Assembly (NCBI GenBank): GCA_029862165.1
Contig: JAOTXU010000006.1
Coordinates: forward strand, 69,960 to 133,959
DNA: 64,000 bases
Direction of reading: 5' to 3'
DNA from: Gammaproteobacteria bacterium
Lineage (GTDB): Bacteria > Pseudomonadota > Gammaproteobacteria > Steroidobacterales > JABDKV01
Below, piece after piece: positions 60,668 through 64,000 of the stretch (the first letter of the stretch is position 1; every line of letters begins with the position of its first letter). Under the pieces are notes generated by a model. It ran no database searches. It saw nothing but the letters and a program-made list of their open reading frames with translations, and was not told the DNA's origin. The translations under genes and the position numbers were made by a program.

Positions 60668-63328
60668 CTACAACCCAACCGGATTGGGCCGATCGGGATC
60701 GATTCCGTATTTGCGCATCGCCTTGCGAACAACATCCGGCCCGATGCTGCCGGCGTCAGAAAGCGCCTTTAGGGTCGCAACCAGAATGTGGTTACGATCA
60801 ACCTCAAAGTGCCGCCGTAGCGCTTCACGACCATCGCTACGGCCATAGCCGTCGGTGCCAAGCGTGATATAGGAACCGGGCACCCAGGGGCGGATTTGAT
60901 CGGCAACGATTTTCATGTAATCCGTTGCCGCAATAAACGGGCCGTCCGCGCCGTCCAGACAAACTTCAGTCCAGCAGCGACGCGGCTTATCTGCGGGGTG
61001 CATGCGATTCCAGCGCTCGCTTGACAATCCTTCACGCCGCAATCGATTGAAACTGGTGACGCTCCATACGTCCGCCGGCACGTCAAAATGTGCCTCGAGC
61101 AGATCGGCGGCGGCGATGACTTCACGCAGAATCGTACCGGACCCCAGTAACTGTGCGCGTACTTTACCCTGGCCGCCCTCACGGAAACGATAAAGACCGC
61201 GCAAGATGCCCTCTTCAGTGCCCTCTGGCATGGCTGGCTGGACATAGTTCTCATTCATGCACGCAATGTAGTAGTACACATTCTCCTGCTGCTCGTACAT
61301 CCGCAAGAGTCCGTCACGAACGATGACCGCCAGTTCATAAGAATAGGTTGGGTCGTAAGCAATACAGTTTGGAATGGTCGATGCATTTAGCAGGCTGTGG
61401 CCGTCCTGATGCTGCAGACCTTCACCGGCGAGCGTAGTACGCCCGGCTGTGCCGCCAATCAAGAAACCACGCGACTGCATATCACCTGCCGCCCAGGCAA
61501 AGTCGCCGATACGCTGAAATCCGAACATTGAGTAAAAAATGTAAAACGGAATCATATTGACGCCGTGATTGGCATATGAGGTGCCGGCCGCGATCCAAGA
61601 ACAAAATGCTCCGGCCTCATTGATGCCTTCCTGCAGAATCTGGCCCTTGATGTCTTCCCGGTAATACATCAATTGATCCGCATCCTGCGGCGTATACAAC
61701 TGCCCCTTAGATGAATAGATACCGATTTGTCGAAATAATCCTTCCATACCGAAAGTTCGCGCCTCGTCGGGAACGATCGGTACGAGACGTTTGCCCATCT
61801 CCTTGTCACGCAACAGAGTCGTAATGATGCGCACAAGAGCCATTGTCGTCGATATTTCGCGCGTACCGCTGCTCTTGAGCTGCGCGGCAAAAGTTTCCAG
61901 TGGCGGCGTCTTGAGTGGCGGGGCTTCGGCTATACGCACCGGCAAGGGGCCACTCAACGATGCCCGCCGCTCAGCCAGGTAATGGGCCTCGTTGCTATCC
62001 TCTGGCAAGCGGCAAAACGGCACATCGGCAAGCTGCTCATCGGGTACCGGAATGTCGAAACGATCGCGAAAGCTACGCAGTGCGTCCAGATCGAGTTTCT
62101 TCGCCTGGTGCGAGGTCATCAGGCCCTCGCCCGCCTTGCCCATGCCAAAACCCTTGACGGTCTTGGCCAAAATTACAGTCGGGCCGTCGGTATTTTTTAC
62201 CGCAGCATCGTAGGCCGCGTAGACTTTGTGCGAATCATGGCCGCCCCGGTTGAGACGCCAGATCTCGTCGTCACTCATATTTGCAACCATTTCGGCCAGC
62301 TCAGGATACTTGCCGAAAAAATGTTCGCGCACGTAGGCACCGTCACGCGATTTGAATGCCTGGTACTCACCGTCAACCGCTTCTTCCATGCGTCGCTGCA
62401 ACAGACCCTGCGTGTCGCGTTCCAGTAGCTCATCCCAGCGCGACCCCCAGATCACTTTCAGCACATTCCAGCCCGCGCCCTGGAAGATTGCTTCCAGCTC
62501 TTGAATAATCTTGCCGTTACCACGTACGGGACCGTCCAGGCGCTGCAAATTGCAGTTGATGACAAAAATGAGATTGCTCAGGTTCTCACGCACCGGTACA
62601 TCGATTGCACCGAGCGATTCGGGCTCGTCCATCTCACCATCCCCGAGAAAACACCAGACGTGCCGATCCGAGGCTTCGATTAGTTCGCGGTGCTCCATAT
62701 ATCGCATGAAACGCGCCTGCATGATGGCCATCATCGCGCCCAGACCCATTGATACGGTCGGGAACTGCCAGTATTCCGGCATCAACCAGGGATGCGGATA
62801 GGACGACAAACCACCACCGTCAACTTCACGACGAAACTTTCGCAGTTGTTCCTCGCTGAGGCGCCCTTCCAGGAATGAGCGGGCGTAAACACCCGGCGAC
62901 GAATGACCCTGGACAAAGATCATATCGCCGCGATGCTTGCCTCCTGCCCCGCGCCAAAAGTGATTGAAGCCAACTTCGTAAAGGGTCGCCGCCGATCCGT
63001 ATGTCGCAATGTGGCCACCGTATTCGGAACTCTCTCGATTTGCCTGCAGTACCATCGCCATGGCATTCCACCGGATGTAGGCGGAGATACGTTTCTCCAG
63101 TGCTTCGTTTCCCGGGTAGGCCGGCATCTGGGCAGTGGGGATGGTATTGAGATAAGCCGTGTTGGCGCCAAAGGGCATGTCCGCGCCCGCACGGCGCATG
63201 TGGTCCATGACCTGGTCGACCAGATAGCGGGCACGATCAGGGCCCTGGGTACGTATTACCGATTCAATGGATTCGAGCCACTCACTGGTTTCCAGTGGAT
63301 CAGCATCGTGGTTGGAATGCGTAGACAT
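60668..63328 (-). CDS. aceE: Pyruvate dehydrogenase E1 (homodimeric)
   Basis: DADPLETSEW, SSYPHP, GDGEMDE, DEARTFG, QHQDG. Start ATG 63328. Confidence 0.97.
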   Translation of the reverse strand: MSTHSNHDADPLETSEWLESIESVIRTQGPDRARYLVDQVMDHMRRAGADMPFGANTAYLNTIPTAQMPAYPGNEALEKRISAYIRWNAMAMVLQANRESSEYGGHIATYGSAATLYEVGFNHFWRGAGGKHRGDMIFVQGHSSPGVYARSFLEGRLSEEQLRKFRREVDGGGLSSYPHPWLMPEYWQFPTVSMGLGAMMAIMQARFMRYMEHRELIEASDRHVWCFLGDGEMDEPESLGAIDVPVRENLSNLIFVINCNLQRLDGPVRGNGKIIQELEAIFQGAGWNVLKVIWGSRWDELLERDTQGLLQRRMEEAVDGEYQAFKSRDGAYVREHFFGKYPELAEMVANMSDDEIWRLNRGGHDSHKVYAAYDAAVKNTDGPTVILAKTVKGFGMGKAGEGLMTSHQAKKLDLDALRSFRDRFDIPVPDEQLADVPFCRLPEDSNEAHYLAERRASLSGPLPVRIAEAPPLKTPPLETFAAQLKSSGTREISTTMALVRIITTLLRDKEMGKRLVPIVPDEARTFGMEGLFRQIGIYSSKGQLYTPQDADQLMYYREDIKGQILQEGINEAGAFCSWIAAGTSYANHGVNMIPFYIFYSMFGFQRIGDFAWAAGDMQSRGFLIGGTAGRTTLAGEGLQHQDGHSLLNASTIPNCIAYDPTYSYELAVIVRDGLLRMYEQQENVYYYIACMNENYVQPAMPEGTEEGILRGLYRFREGGQGKVRAQLLGSGTILREVIAAADLLEAHFDVPADVWSVTSFNRLRREGLSSERWNRMHPADKPRRCWTEVCLDGADGPFIAATDYMKIVADQIRPWVPGSYITLGTDGYGRSDGREALRRHFEVDRNHILVATLKALSDAGSIGPDVVRKAMRKYGIDPDRPNPVGL

Positions 63329-63481
63329 ACTGTTCCTTATATTAGCGCGGCCCGGAACCCGCACAGGTGTATTCGAGCATTCGGTCCTGCTAGGATGCCC
63401 CGGGCACGCTACCGGAGCGTTTCCAGGCCAAGAGACGGTAATAATCGAGCTTCGGGAATTTTCGGTCAAGGCAAAGCAACT

Positions 63482-64000
63482 ATGACGGACCTCCTACCTC
63501 GCCCACCTCGCCTGTCGGTGTCCCGTGTTGCGGCTGCGCTTACGCGGCAAAGGCTACAAAAACTGGAACATTTGCTGATTCTGGCGCCGGAGAATTTATC
63601 ACCAGCACAATGGAGAAAACTGCCTTCCGGCACACAACTGAAGGACTTGCAAAAGCGAATCGGCAGCAAGAGCGCTATCCCTGCTGCCCAGACGCGGCTA
63701 AACAATAGCAAACGAACAGGTATTAGCCTGGGTCTGCTGCCTGTCGGTGTCTCGCCCTTCAAACGACTGGACCGGATCAGACTACTGCTCGGCCACGCCA
63801 TGAAGTCCAACCCGGGGACACTGGGCGCCCTGATTACCGGTTTCGATGACTCCGATGCCACCGCCAGTGCCGAGGCAGTAACCGTGGCAGCGCTTGCCGC
63901 CGTCTCGGAAATGCCGTCGCATAAGAGCAAGCCATCGCCCGCGCCTCGATTGCGCGCCCTACAACTCTTTGGTGACGGCAAACCCCAACTACGCCGCCTG
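63482..64000 (+). CDS. Partial CDS, possibly the N-terminal domain of an M17 leucyl aminopeptidase-family protein
   Basis: Open frame from ATG 63482 to the window end (MTDLLPRPPRLSVSRV...AAVSEMPSHKSKPSPAPRLRALQLFG), divergent from aceE. Family call rests on weak resemblance only; no catalytic motif in view. Confidence 0.45.
   Translation, partial: MTDLLPRPPRLSVSRVAAALTRQRLQKLEHLLILAPENLSPAQWRKLPSGTQLKDLQKRIGSKSAIPAAQTRLNNSKRTGISLGLLPVGVSPFKRLDRIRLLLGHAMKSNPGTLGALITGFDDSDATASAEAVTVAALAAVSEMPSHKSKPSPAPRLRALQLFGDGKPQLRRL

Noticed and set aside
63466-63981. 171 aa minus-strand ORF at the window end
   Set aside because: The plus-strand frame from ATG 63482 looks like the real gene; this ORF is its shadow.
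1-64000. CRISPR arrays, IS elements, rRNA
   Set aside because: No spaced direct-repeat arrays, transposases or rRNA-like sequence seen; nearly all space is coding.

Overview
A 64 kb window of bacterial chromosome, most likely from a gammaproteobacterium (judged from gene content and synteny; GC-rich by eye). It is mostly housekeeping: nnr/queG, panCB-dNK-folK-pcnB, tRNA-Glu(CUC), lptGF-pepA-holC-valS, moxR-DUF58-tgpA, rimI-udg-pssA-psd-ilvC, proS, hda-purMN-dcd-apbC, metG-rsxABCDGE-nth and aceEF-lpdA. I saw no CRISPR array, integrase, transposase or prophage. Several accessory units sit inside this backbone. The strongest candidate for an undescribed system is a tightly coupled three-gene cassette between apbC and metG (40542-45102): a cytoplasmic HEAT-repeat Ser/Thr kinase followed by two PilT-like ATPases, with no other pilus genes nearby. 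Other notable items are an orphan FliD-like protein, an apparently inactive Psd homologue next to pssA, an MNIO (DUF692)-DUF2063-DoxX cluster with no adjacent precursor peptide, a secreted helical protein paired with a GlyGly-CTERM M14 peptidase behind the tRNA, a coupled PPK2-III/cNMP-GGDEF pair, a structured 335 bp intergenic region, and variant KMSKS motifs in MetRS and ValRS. All family calls come from motif recognition by eye; no database searches were run.
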